Below are positions 16,866 to 25,269 of a stretch of DNA of 32,290 bases, one piece after another; the first letter of the stretch is position 1; the number at the start of each line of letters is the position of its first letter. The stretch is from a bacterium (GTDB taxonomy: Bacteria > Patescibacteriota > Microgenomatia > UBA8517). A model generated the notes under the pieces. The model had not been told where the DNA came from. It saw only the letters and a program-made list of their open reading frames with translations, and did no database searches. The position numbers and the translations under genes were made by a program. Location of the stretch: contig JAKAJP010000030.1 of NCBI GenBank assembly GCA_021824915.1, forward strand, positions 1 to 32,290, written 5' to 3'.

Positions 16866-19202
16866 ATGGCTAATCAAGATACTACTACAAATAAGATTTT
16901 GGAGCAAGCTTTGTTCCTATCTGAAAAGATGGGGTGGAGCATAATTCCTGTGGGAGCCGATAAGAAACCATTGATTGAGTGGAAAATCTATCAAAACCAA
17001 AAAGCAACTCCCGAGCAGGTTAAAGAATGGTTTTCAGAGCCAGGTGTTAATTTGGGGGTTGTTACCGGCAAGATATCAAATTTGGTAGTCGTAGACATTG
17101 ATATTAGAAGTGGTGGTACAGATGAGGATTTTAAGGGAGTTCAGACGGTTAAATCTAAGACTGGGGGTGGTGGCTGGCATTACTATTTTAAATTCGAGGA
17201 AGGTTTACAGAATCAGGCGGGGATAAGACCGGGAATTGATATTCGAGCCGAAGGCGGCTATGTGGTAGCACCTCCATCAACCCATAAGTCGGGTAACTTA
17301 TACGAGTGGTTAAGAGCGCCCGTGGACGCGGAAGTTGTAGAACTACCAAATTTCGTTAAAGAGTGGATAGGTAATGTCAAAAGTAAAGATGGTTCTAAAG
17401 AAAGTAAATGGAATAATAAATTACTCGGTGGTGTTTCTGAAGGTAATAGAAACGATGCTGCCGCCTCCGTAATTGGTAAGTGGCTTAAACGTTACCCGGA
17501 GGAGGAATGGGATGAAGTTTGGTCAATGGCGCTTCTTTGGAATAAAGATAATAAACCCCCACTACCTGAAGAGGAGTTGCGGACCGTTTTTGAATCAATA
17601 GTCAAAACTGAAAAAGCAAATGAAGGAGAGGATGATGACAGTCCGGGGAGGCGGACTGTAGCGGATAAAATAGTTGATTTGGTTTTGGAGCTAAAAGCTG
17701 AACTATATTTGGATCAGACAGGAGAACCTCATATTACTTTTCCAGAAAAGCCCGTTGTTGGCTTTCCCATAAAAAGCTCCGTATTTAGAAGGTGGATTAG
17801 TGGTAAGTTTTGGGAACAATACGAAAAGGGATTTTCTGGAGAAAGCTTCCAACAGGCGGTAAGTAGTATTGAAGGAAAATCATTCCATGAGGGAGTAACA
17901 AAAAGTCTTTATAACCGTGTTGCCAGAGTTGATGGTGTAATTTACTACGACTTAGGAGATGATGCGCGGGTTATAAAGATAACAAAAGAAGGTTGGGAAG
18001 TAACTACTAAATGTCCGGAGAAGTTTAGAAGATTTAGTCATCAACTGCCTCAGATTGAGCCTAAAAAGGGCGGAGACGTGTTGAAAGTTTTGGAATATCT
18101 TAACCTCAAAACAGAAACAGACAAACTGCTTTTCATAACATATCTTCTGACAGTCTTTATTCCTGATATACCAAGAGTGGTTTTAATTAACATTGGGGAT
18201 CAGGGCGCGGCCAAAAGTACTGCCTTAAGAATTATCAGAAGTTTGGTGGACCCAAGCATTTCAGAACTCTTAAGTCCTCCGTCGGATATTAACGAACTAG
18301 CTCAGGCATCAAATCATCATTATTGTCTGTATCTGGATAATCTTTCATACCTCCGTGACGAGCTATCTGACGCTTTGTGTAGGCTTGCTACAGGCATAGG
18401 GTTTACGAAACGGAAACTGTTTACCAATGATGAGGACGTGTTGTTTACCCAGAAGGCTGCGGTTGGGATTACAGGAATCAACCTGGTAGCCCAACGAGCG
18501 GATTTACTAGATAGATGCTTGATATTGAGTTTTGAACGAATTCCCGAGGATATGCGAATAGATGAGGAAGACTTTTGGAAGAATTTCAACAACGATAAAC
18601 CACTAATGTTAGGTTCTATTTTTGACAAGTTATCACTGCTTTTGGGGATGGCACAGGAATTTAAGTTGGCAAGAAAGCCCCGAATGGCGGATTATGCCAA
18701 ATATGCTGCGATTGGTGCCTTAACGCTAGGTAAGAGTCCTGAAGAGTTTCTAACTGCCTTTGGTGAGAATATAGAAAGGCAGAACCAGGCGGCAATTGAT
18801 TCATCCCCAACAGCTCAATCTATTTTGAAATTCATGAGTGACAAAGATAGTTGGAGCGGTCCGAGTACGGAACTACATAAGCTTCTTAAAAGCATAGTTG
18901 AGGCAGCTAACTTGCAAATAGGGGGTTCTGAAGGCTTTCCTAAATCTTCCAATTGGCTTTGGAAGCGAGTAATGCAAATACGTCCCAACTTATTGTCTTT
19001 GGGTATAAGTGCCTCTAAATCCGAAACAATAGAAGGTTCAGAAATAAATCTCAAAAAAGGTGTCCAGGAAGAGAAAAATACTGCCATTACTGCCAATACT
19101 GCCACTGAAGTGAAAGACATGGCAGCAGTGGCAGTAGAACAGGGGACTTTGGAGGGAGTCTCAACCTTTAGTTCAATTCCCGGATTGGAGGATTACAAAT
19201 GA
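16866..19202 (+). CDS. Bifunctional primase-polymerase with PriCT-like domain and C-terminal P-loop helicase-like domain
   Basis: NLGVVTG, VVDID, KTGGGGWHYYF, DIRAEGGYVVAPPS; EGNRND and WN...PPLPEEEL (PriCT-1); Walker A GDQGAAKST, LYLDN, DLLDRC. Confidence 0.9.
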   Translation: MANQDTTTNKILEQALFLSEKMGWSIIPVGADKKPLIEWKIYQNQKATPEQVKEWFSEPGVNLGVVTGKISNLVVVDIDIRSGGTDEDFKGVQTVKSKTGGGGWHYYFKFEEGLQNQAGIRPGIDIRAEGGYVVAPPSTHKSGNLYEWLRAPVDAEVVELPNFVKEWIGNVKSKDGSKESKWNNKLLGGVSEGNRNDAAASVIGKWLKRYPEEEWDEVWSMALLWNKDNKPPLPEEELRTVFESIVKTEKANEGEDDDSPGRRTVADKIVDLVLELKAELYLDQTGEPHITFPEKPVVGFPIKSSVFRRWISGKFWEQYEKGFSGESFQQAVSSIEGKSFHEGVTKSLYNRVARVDGVIYYDLGDDARVIKITKEGWEVTTKCPEKFRRFSHQLPQIEPKKGGDVLKVLEYLNLKTETDKLLFITYLLTVFIPDIPRVVLINIGDQGAAKSTALRIIRSLVDPSISELLSPPSDINELAQASNHHYCLYLDNLSYLRDELSDALCRLATGIGFTKRKLFTNDEDVLFTQKAAVGITGINLVAQRADLLDRCLILSFERIPEDMRIDEEDFWKNFNNDKPLMLGSIFDKLSLLLGMAQEFKLARKPRMADYAKYAAIGALTLGKSPEEFLTAFGENIERQNQAAIDSSPTAQSILKFMSDKDSWSGPSTELHKLLKSIVEAANLQIGGSEGFPKSSNWLWKRVMQIRPNLLSLGISASKSETIEGSEINLKKGVQEEKNTAITANTATEVKDMAAVAVEQGTLEGVSTFSSIPGLEDYK
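19080..19136. repeat. Iteron-like array: three direct ACTGCCA-nn 9-mers plus two inverted copies (candidate origin)
   Basis: ACTGCCATT ACTGCCAAT ACTGCCACT ... ATGGCAGC AGTGGCAGT. TACTGCCACTG (19097-19107) is the perfect inverse of 19126-19136. Confidence 0.6.
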
Positions 19203-19507
19203 TTACAGAAACAATAAAAGAAACACTTGAGAAATATATTCGGCTTTGCTCTTGGTTCCTGATTAAAGACGGAGATAAAGACGTTGCTTCGAATCAATTT
19301 GAGACAGTTTTAAAGGAAATTGGGAATTTGGAAGACAAGCTGATTGGAGAAGGTGTCTCCGGGAAAACTATTGAGACGATTGTTGAGATGACAAGAAAAA
19401 ACACTTTAGAGAAACCAATAAGTGAGTTAAGCGATTCTCAATTACTCAAGGTTTGTAAATTGATATTTGGTAAGGAAGTTGAATTTGAGGGGGGTGCCAC
19501 CCCATAA
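19199..19507 (+). CDS. Hypothetical protein
   Basis: 102-aa ORF coupled to the primase stop (ATGA overlap). Confidence 0.65.
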   Translation: MITETIKETLEKYIRLCSWFLIKDGDKDVASNQFETVLKEIGNLEDKLIGEGVSGKTIETIVEMTRKNTLEKPISELSDSQLLKVCKLIFGKEVEFEGGATP

Positions 19508-19518
19508 GCGTAACTTAT

Positions 19519-19908
19519 ATGGAAGAAAAACCACAATGCAGTTTTATAAAAGAAAATGGGGAGAGATGTAATGCTATACCTATGAAAGATAGTGGCTATT
19601 GCTTTAGCCACAATCCTGATGTGGAAGTTGAGCGCCATATGGCTTTGGTTAAGGGTGGTTTGGCCAGTAAGAAAGTAGAGTTAAACCTTGAACCCTTGAG
19701 CATAAAAGACCCTAAAGAAGTGGCCACCTTGCTTGAAAGCACAATTAACGGTGTAAGAAGTGGTGAGATTCCACCCAATATTGCAAACACGATTGGTTAC
19801 CTCGCAGGGCACGTTCTGAAGGCCCTGGAATCATCGAACTTAGACCAGAGAGTGGAAATGGTAGAGAGCATTCTTTTGGAACGTAAGCGAAGCATAAAGA
19901 AGCACTAA
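19519..19908 (+). CDS. Hypothetical protein with N-terminal C-x9-C-x10-C-x2-H putative zinc finger
   Basis: QCSFIKENGERCNAIPMKDSGYCFSH followed by KGG and a helical C-terminus. Confidence 0.72.
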   Translation: MEEKPQCSFIKENGERCNAIPMKDSGYCFSHNPDVEVERHMALVKGGLASKKVELNLEPLSIKDPKEVATLLESTINGVRSGEIPPNIANTIGYLAGHVLKALESSNLDQRVEMVESILLERKRSIKKH

Positions 19909-19909
19909 A

Positions 19910-21652
19910 ATGACGAAAAACTTAGACTTAACCAGAATATCGGAAAATCTAACCCCTAAAGAGCGGGTCCTCCTCATGGTTCACGACGATGTTGAAGAAC
20001 AAAAGACCGGGAAAGGAGTATTAACTGATGCCGATAAACACGCCTTAACAGAAGGTTGGACGCCTAAAAACAATTATGAAGTAGATGAGTATAACAAGTT
20101 TAATAAAGGCTGGAGAATGATGGGCTTTGCTGAAATTGACGCACAAACAACGTTTTTAAATGCACAATCAACTTATTTTCAGGAGAAACAGATGAGCAAT
20201 TTCCTTTTGTTATATCCACTCTTTAGAGATGCAAAGAATTGGGTGGATAGCCTTGATAATATTAAGCCGGTGAGTATCGACCAGGCACTGGAGATAGTTA
20301 AAAGACAGAGAGAAGTGAAATTAAAAGGTGGTTTGGAATTTGATCGTGCGGTTTATCAACTGGCATTTGAGAATTTAAGTAAGGATTTACAAGAGGATTT
20401 AGAAACCCTTTATCCAGAGATTAAATATGAGACAGATTATTTAGACGAGGAAGAAATAATTGCGGGTCTTTTTGGCGGTAAAGAAAAACTAGCAATTGAG
20501 GATAAGAACAAGCTGGCGGATCTGATAATCAAAAAATCTTACAATCAATACGCCAAAGAATACCAATTTTTTCATTATTTTGCCTCAATTCCTATAAAAG
20601 AAGTTGTTAAAAGGTGGATGAAAAAGAGGGGGATACAGCCGGAGACTTTACCAGCCGATGAAGAGTTTCAAAACGCTTTTACTAAGATTTCGGAGGAGAA
20701 AAACTTAAATTCTGAAGAGGCTATTATAGATTGGACGGCCGAAAATATAGCTGAAGCAATCAGTGATTATGCTAGAAAACATCAAACAACAGTGGAAGTT
20801 GAATTAAAAGAGGTATGTTTGGAATGGATAGACGAAGGCTTGTTAGATAATTACCAACCTTTATTTAAGTCTACAGATACCAAGACTTGCAACGGCACAA
20901 CCAAGTTACCCTGCAATCTAATTTTTAAGGAATGGATTGAGGCCAAAACAAAAGCCAAAAATATTCTGGACAATCTTATTTCAGAGGGGAAATTAAAGCG
21001 GGAAGGCGACACTTTAACCGGGGGAAGTCTTTACAACTTCAAAGGAGATTACCAATTTATTAAGGAACATAACAAATATGTAGATTTATATGATGCCAAC
21101 TTGGGTATTGTATACGCAGATGATGATCCGGAGCACAAAAAAGCACATTTGGATAGGGAGTTTCTGATAACCGAGATTGGAGAAGACGGTAAACCCAGCG
21201 GTATCAATTTTTCACAAATAGCTATGGCGAGAATAAAAGGATTCTTTGAGATGCTGGGATTTGTAAAGGAAAGTGAAATAAATGGGGAGAGGATTATAGA
21301 GTTTAAGGATGAAAATTTTAATGAATTAATGAGAAATACAATCACATCTCTTAAGGAGTTATATTCTGCGCTTTTAACTTTCCGGGAACTTTTTAGAAAG
21401 CTGTCCAAGGTGTATGAAGTGGACCTAACTTTTAAGATTGATGAATGGGTGAAACAAACTGAAAAGTTTATAGATAGCCACAATGAGGTTCTTAAACTAG
21501 CTACCAAAAAGGATTTTATGGAAATGCGAAGCAAAAATACGGTAAGGTTTAAAGATGATTGGTTTATTGATAAATCGAAAATAAGTTCAGACGAAGAAAG
21601 AACAATGAGATACTTTAAAGAGTTTGAAGGGATATTAAAAGAGGACTTTTAG
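19910..21652 (+). CDS. Large hypothetical alpha-helical protein
   Basis: 580-aa ORF starting 1 nt after the upstream stop. No family recognised. Confidence 0.75.
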   Translation: MTKNLDLTRISENLTPKERVLLMVHDDVEEQKTGKGVLTDADKHALTEGWTPKNNYEVDEYNKFNKGWRMMGFAEIDAQTTFLNAQSTYFQEKQMSNFLLLYPLFRDAKNWVDSLDNIKPVSIDQALEIVKRQREVKLKGGLEFDRAVYQLAFENLSKDLQEDLETLYPEIKYETDYLDEEEIIAGLFGGKEKLAIEDKNKLADLIIKKSYNQYAKEYQFFHYFASIPIKEVVKRWMKKRGIQPETLPADEEFQNAFTKISEEKNLNSEEAIIDWTAENIAEAISDYARKHQTTVEVELKEVCLEWIDEGLLDNYQPLFKSTDTKTCNGTTKLPCNLIFKEWIEAKTKAKNILDNLISEGKLKREGDTLTGGSLYNFKGDYQFIKEHNKYVDLYDANLGIVYADDDPEHKKAHLDREFLITEIGEDGKPSGINFSQIAMARIKGFFEMLGFVKESEINGERIIEFKDENFNELMRNTITSLKELYSALLTFRELFRKLSKVYEVDLTFKIDEWVKQTEKFIDSHNEVLKLATKKDFMEMRSKNTVRFKDDWFIDKSKISSDEERTMRYFKEFEGILKEDF

Positions 21653-21656
21653 AATA

Positions 21657-21685
21657 TTGCAAAGTATTACAAAGTAATCTAATAT
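21657..21685 (+). promoter_or_regulatory. Sigma70 promoter of the xis-recombinase unit, overlapped by a tandem 10-bp repeat
   Basis: TTGCAA-17 nt-TAATAT, 6 nt before ATG 21692. ATTGCAAAGT ATTACAAAGT at 21656-21675. Confidence 0.65.
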
Positions 21686-21691
21686 GAATCT

Positions 21692-21883
21692 ATGGAAGAA
21701 TTTTACACAACAAGACAAATTGGAAAGATGCTTCATGTTAAAGCCATTACCATAAGGCGTTGGATATCTAAAGGCGATTTACCCGCACTTTTCTTTGAGA
21801 AGGAATATAGAGTAATAAAATCGGATTTTGATAAATTTATTCAAAGTAAAAAAGTTCAAATAAAGAAAGGAAAGGGTAAATAA
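21692..21883 (+). CDS. Excisionase-like HTH DNA-binding protein
   Basis: FYTTRQIGKMLHV-x-x-x-TIRRWI-x-x-GDLPA...YRV-x-x-SDFDKFI, a MerR-like Xis fold. Immediately upstream of the recombinase. Confidence 0.85.
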   Translation: MEEFYTTRQIGKMLHVKAITIRRWISKGDLPALFFEKEYRVIKSDFDKFIQSKKVQIKKGKGK

Positions 21884-21886
21884 AAA

Positions 21887-23503
21887 ATGTTGGTGGCTAC
21901 TTACAAAAGGGTTTCAACAATGCGTCAGGAAAATGAGCAGACCATTGAGAATCAGACAATGGCTATTAAAGAGTTTGCTGATAAGAATGGCCACACAATT
22001 ATCAAGGAATATCAAGATGATGGTTGGAGCGGGACAATTCTTGCCCGCCCAGGACTCGATGGGCTTCGGATTGATGCTAAAAAGAAAGTTTGGGAGGCTG
22101 TAATCATCTATGATCCGGATAGAGTTGCCCGTAAGTATTCCTATCAGGCTTTAGTAATTGATGAGCTTGAAGAAGCAGGAATAAAAGTTCTTTTTGTTAC
22201 AACCCCTCCGGCCCTAACAGAAGAGGATCGTTTACTTTATGGAGTGAAAGGTTTGTTTGCCGAATATGAAAGAGCCAGAATTGCTGACCGCTTCAGGCTT
22301 GGCAAATTAAGAAACGCACGCGAAGGAAAAGTGGTAACTAGCGCTGCCCCATATGGCTATAACTACATTCCCAAACAAGGGAGTGTTCACGGACATTTTG
22401 AAATAAATAAACAGGAAACAATTGTGGTCAGGATGATCTTTAAGTGGGTTGGTGAGGAAGGTATCACAATGATGACTGTAATTAAAAGGCTTCATGAAAT
22501 GGGAATTCCCCCGAGAAAAGGTAAGAAAGAAACATGGAGCACTAGTACCCTTACATCGCTTCTGAGAAATGAGACTTACATTGGGTTGGCACACTATAAC
22601 AGTTCCTATGCTGTTGTTCCTCAAAACCCGCTAAAACACGATAAATACAAAAGGGTGAAAAAGTCGAGTAGAAAAATGAGACCGCGTGAAGAGTGGATAT
22701 TTATTCCAGTACAGTCAGTTATTGATAAAGAATTATTTGAAAAGACTCAAAAACAATTAAAACTTAATTATGAGCTTTGCCAGAGGAACAAAAAGAACGA
22801 CTATCTTCTGGCACAAATGATGTATTGCGTTTGTGGTAGAAGACGAACCGGTGAGGGACCACAAAAGGGTAAGCATCTATACTATAGATGTACAGACAGA
22901 ATTTATCATTTTCCGCTTCCCCGTAAGTGTAAAGAGAGAGGAGTTAATGCCAGGATTGCGGATGATTTGGTTTGGAGCAGGGTTAAAAAGTTTATGACCT
23001 CACCCGATCTAATTAAGGAACAGGCTAAAAGGTGGGTAGGAAAAAAGAAGGGTGAACTTACAAACTCCCATGAATCAATAGATGACCTTAAGTTTGAGTT
23101 GGAGAAAATTAAAAAAGAGGAACAAAGATATATAAAGGCTTATGGAGCGGAAATGCTTACGATTGAACAGCTTAACGAGACGATGGGGGATTTGAGGTTG
23201 AGAAGGTCTATTTTAGAAAAGAGAATCAAGGATATGGACGATAGTTCGAATTCTATGGAAATTAAACTTCCAAATGATGAACAAATAGAAGAGTTTTGCA
23301 AGCAGGCATTAGATAAATTGGAAGGCTTGAGTTTTGAGGGGAAACGGGGGATACTAACGAAGGTATTAACCAAAGTCATAGGAACCCAAAAAGAATTAAG
23401 GGTTTTAGGTTATTTACCAATAGAAAACAACCAAAATGTCGAGTTCAAAACTGAGTGTCGGAATTGTAGGGCTACCGAATGTGGGGAAGTCTACCCTGTT
23501 TAA
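21887..23503 (+). CDS. Large serine recombinase (integrase), integrated-state form
   Basis: YKRVST (catalytic Ser), DDGWSG, RPGLD, DRVAR, PYGY, zinc ribbon CVCG...YYRC...C, coiled coil. Overlaps ychF by 68 nt. Confidence 0.95.
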   Translation: MLVATYKRVSTMRQENEQTIENQTMAIKEFADKNGHTIIKEYQDDGWSGTILARPGLDGLRIDAKKKVWEAVIIYDPDRVARKYSYQALVIDELEEAGIKVLFVTTPPALTEEDRLLYGVKGLFAEYERARIADRFRLGKLRNAREGKVVTSAAPYGYNYIPKQGSVHGHFEINKQETIVVRMIFKWVGEEGITMMTVIKRLHEMGIPPRKGKKETWSTSTLTSLLRNETYIGLAHYNSSYAVVPQNPLKHDKYKRVKKSSRKMRPREEWIFIPVQSVIDKELFEKTQKQLKLNYELCQRNKKNDYLLAQMMYCVCGRRRTGEGPQKGKHLYYRCTDRIYHFPLPRKCKERGVNARIADDLVWSRVKKFMTSPDLIKEQAKRWVGKKKGELTNSHESIDDLKFELEKIKKEEQRYIKAYGAEMLTIEQLNETMGDLRLRRSILEKRIKDMDDSSNSMEIKLPNDEQIEEFCKQALDKLEGLSFEGKRGILTKVLTKVIGTQKELRVLGYLPIENNQNVEFKTECRNCRATECGEVYPV

Positions 23504-24416
23504 CGCCTTACTCAAAAAACAACAGGCCTATGTGGCCAATTTTCCTTTTGCCACCATTGAACCCAATGTTGGAGTTGTTCCGGTTCCTGACGAGCGGCTT
23601 GAGAAATTAGCAGCGATTTATCATTCACCGATTGTTCCTGCGACAGTTGAGTTTGTTGACATTGCCGGTCTAATTGCGGGAGCGTCGAAAGGTGAGGGGC
23701 TTGGAAATAAATTCTTGAGTCATATTAGAGAAACTTCGGCTATTTGTTTTGTCTTACGTGCCTTTAGTGACCCGGATGTTATCAAACAAGGAGTTAAGGA
23801 TCCGAAGACTGATTTTGAGGTACTTAAGTTGGAACTTGATTTGGCTGATGCAGAAACTATCGAAAATCATAAGAAAAAGAAAAATCCGGATGAGGGCGAA
23901 CTTCCTTTGTTTTCCAAGAAACCCTTTCTTATTGTTCTGAATGTTGATGAAGGGGATCTCAAAAAATCAATTGAGATAGAGGAAAAGTATTCAAATGAAC
24001 TCTCGGTGGGTAAAGACCAAATTGTCGTAATTTCGGCTAAAACCGAAAGCGAACTTTCGGAACTTTCCGATGAAGATCAAAAAGCTTATCTTGCCGATCT
24101 TGGTGTTGAAAAATCCGGCCTTGAGCGGCTTATTCAAAAAGCCTTTAAGACCCTCGGGCTTATAACTTTTCTGACGGCCGGGGAAAAAGAGGTCAGGGCG
24201 TGGACTATAAAATCCGGAACTAATACCCAAACAGCTTCCGGTGAAATCCACACGGATTTTGTTAAAAAATTTATTAAGGCAGATGTTTGCGACTTTAATG
24301 ACTTTGTTTCTCTTGGTGGCTGGAAAGGTGCCCGGGAAGTAGGAAAGGTGAGAAGTGAGGGGCGCGATTATACAATGTGTGACGGTGACGTGGTTGAGTT
24401 TAAGATTGGAGCCTAA
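23436..24416 (+). CDS. ychF: Ribosome-binding ATPase YchF (Obg family) with element-supplied N-terminus
   Basis: GIVGLPNVGKST, NFPFATIEPN, DIAGL, GEGLGNKFL, NVDE, and a TGS domain ending DGDVVEF. Confidence 0.96.
   Translation: MSSSKLSVGIVGLPNVGKSTLFNALLKKQQAYVANFPFATIEPNVGVVPVPDERLEKLAAIYHSPIVPATVEFVDIAGLIAGASKGEGLGNKFLSHIRETSAICFVLRAFSDPDVIKQGVKDPKTDFEVLKLELDLADAETIENHKKKKNPDEGELPLFSKKPFLIVLNVDEGDLKKSIEIEEKYSNELSVGKDQIVVISAKTESELSELSDEDQKAYLADLGVEKSGLERLIQKAFKTLGLITFLTAGEKEVRAWTIKSGTNTQTASGEIHTDFVKKFIKADVCDFNDFVSLGGWKGAREVGKVRSEGRDYTMCDGDVVEFKIGA
23456..23467 (+). repeat. attR core (shared GGAAT at 23460-23464)
   Basis: TGTCGGAATTGT versus attL TGTTGGAATAGT. Confidence 0.75.
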
Positions 24417-24670
24417 ACCATCGCGGGGACTAATTCATCTTTCTTTTTAATTTCATATCTGCCGTCAACGGCTGTTCCGACTTCTACGGGGCCTTCCGTT
24501 GAAATTGCGTATCCTTTAATAAATCTTCCGTTGGGAACAAGAGTTGCGGCTCCTAGCGCCTGTTCAATTGCTTTAGTGCACGGCTTTTCTTTTGCACTTG
24601 ATTCTTGGGCGACCACTGTTCCGCAGGCATGATTGAACGGACAATTTGCGGCACAAGGAAGTTCTTTCAT
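24413..24670 (-). CDS. Small four-Cys hypothetical protein (paralog 1)
   Basis: CAANCPFNHACGTVVA...CTKAIEQA. TATAAT 7 nt upstream of the ATG. Confidence 0.65.
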   Translation of the reverse strand: MKELPCAANCPFNHACGTVVAQESSAKEKPCTKAIEQALGAATLVPNGRFIKGYAISTEGPVEVGTAVDGRYEIKKKDELVPAMV

Positions 24671-24687
24671 GGCTAGAATTATATAAT

Positions 24688-24933
24688 TTATGCTGTTGGT
24701 GTCAACTGCGAGGTTATTTGCCCGCGGTTTATCGTTGCTATGTGTTGTCCGGCTTCGTTGAAAGCTTTAACTTTATCTGTCGGGTCGGGCTCCAATTTAG
24801 TGGCTCCTGGTATGGCGTTTTTGATTTCTGTAGTGCAACTATCCGCGCTGCGGGCCACCATTGTTCCACATTGCAGTAGATATGGGCAGCCGATAAAGCA
24901 GTTAGGAAACATTTGGGGTTTTCTGTCAGTCAC
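24688..24933 (-). CDS. Small four-Cys hypothetical protein (paralog 2)
   Basis: CFIGCPYLLQCGTMVA...CTTEIKNA. GTG start with TATAAT 6 nt upstream. Confidence 0.65.
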   Translation of the reverse strand: MTDRKPQMFPNCFIGCPYLLQCGTMVARSADSCTTEIKNAIPGATKLEPDPTDKVKAFNEAGQHIATINRGQITSQLTPTA

Positions 24934-24987
24934 AGGACGATTATATTCCTGTTGATGAGATTAAGCCAGCCGTGATATACTTCGGGG

Positions 24988-25269
24988 ATGAATGAATACG
25001 AATTGACCCTGGTTTTGGACGGAAAAGCAGGGGCGGCAAAGAAGAAAAAGACCGTTGAGACTTTGGAAAGTATCCTCAAGCTTTTCAAGGGTGCTATTAA
25101 GGAAAGTAAAGAGTGGGGAGTTAAGGAACTTGCCTACAAAATAGGCAAATCCGAGACCGGTCTTTACCTGTTTTTTGATCTCGAAATGGAGCCAAAAGCT
25201 GTTAAGCAGTTGAATGAAAAATTGAGAGTTGACCCTGATATTGTTAGGTATTTGGTTGTAAAGAAATAA
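24988..25269 (+). CDS. rpsF: 30S ribosomal protein S6
   Basis: YELTLVL, WGVKELAYKI, GLY, IVRYLVVK. First gene of rpsF-ssb-rpsR. Confidence 0.95.
   Translation: MNEYELTLVLDGKAGAAKKKKTVETLESILKLFKGAIKESKEWGVKELAYKIGKSETGLYLFFDLEMEPKAVKQLNEKLRVDPDIVRYLVVKK

Larger units (their letters stand above)
5819..23464. mobile_element. ~17.6 kb integrative element (serine recombinase, prim-pol replicon; IME/satellite-like) inserted in the 5' end of ychF
   Basis: Bounded by TGTtGGAATaGT (5815-5826) and TGTcGGAATtGT (23456-23467). Contains a recombinase, Xis-like HTH, primase-helicase, RM-like genes and cargo. Confidence 0.88.

Noticed and set aside
5819-23464. Complete prophage or conjugative ICE
   Set aside because: No recognisable terminase large subunit, portal, capsid, tail, relaxase or T4SS genes.
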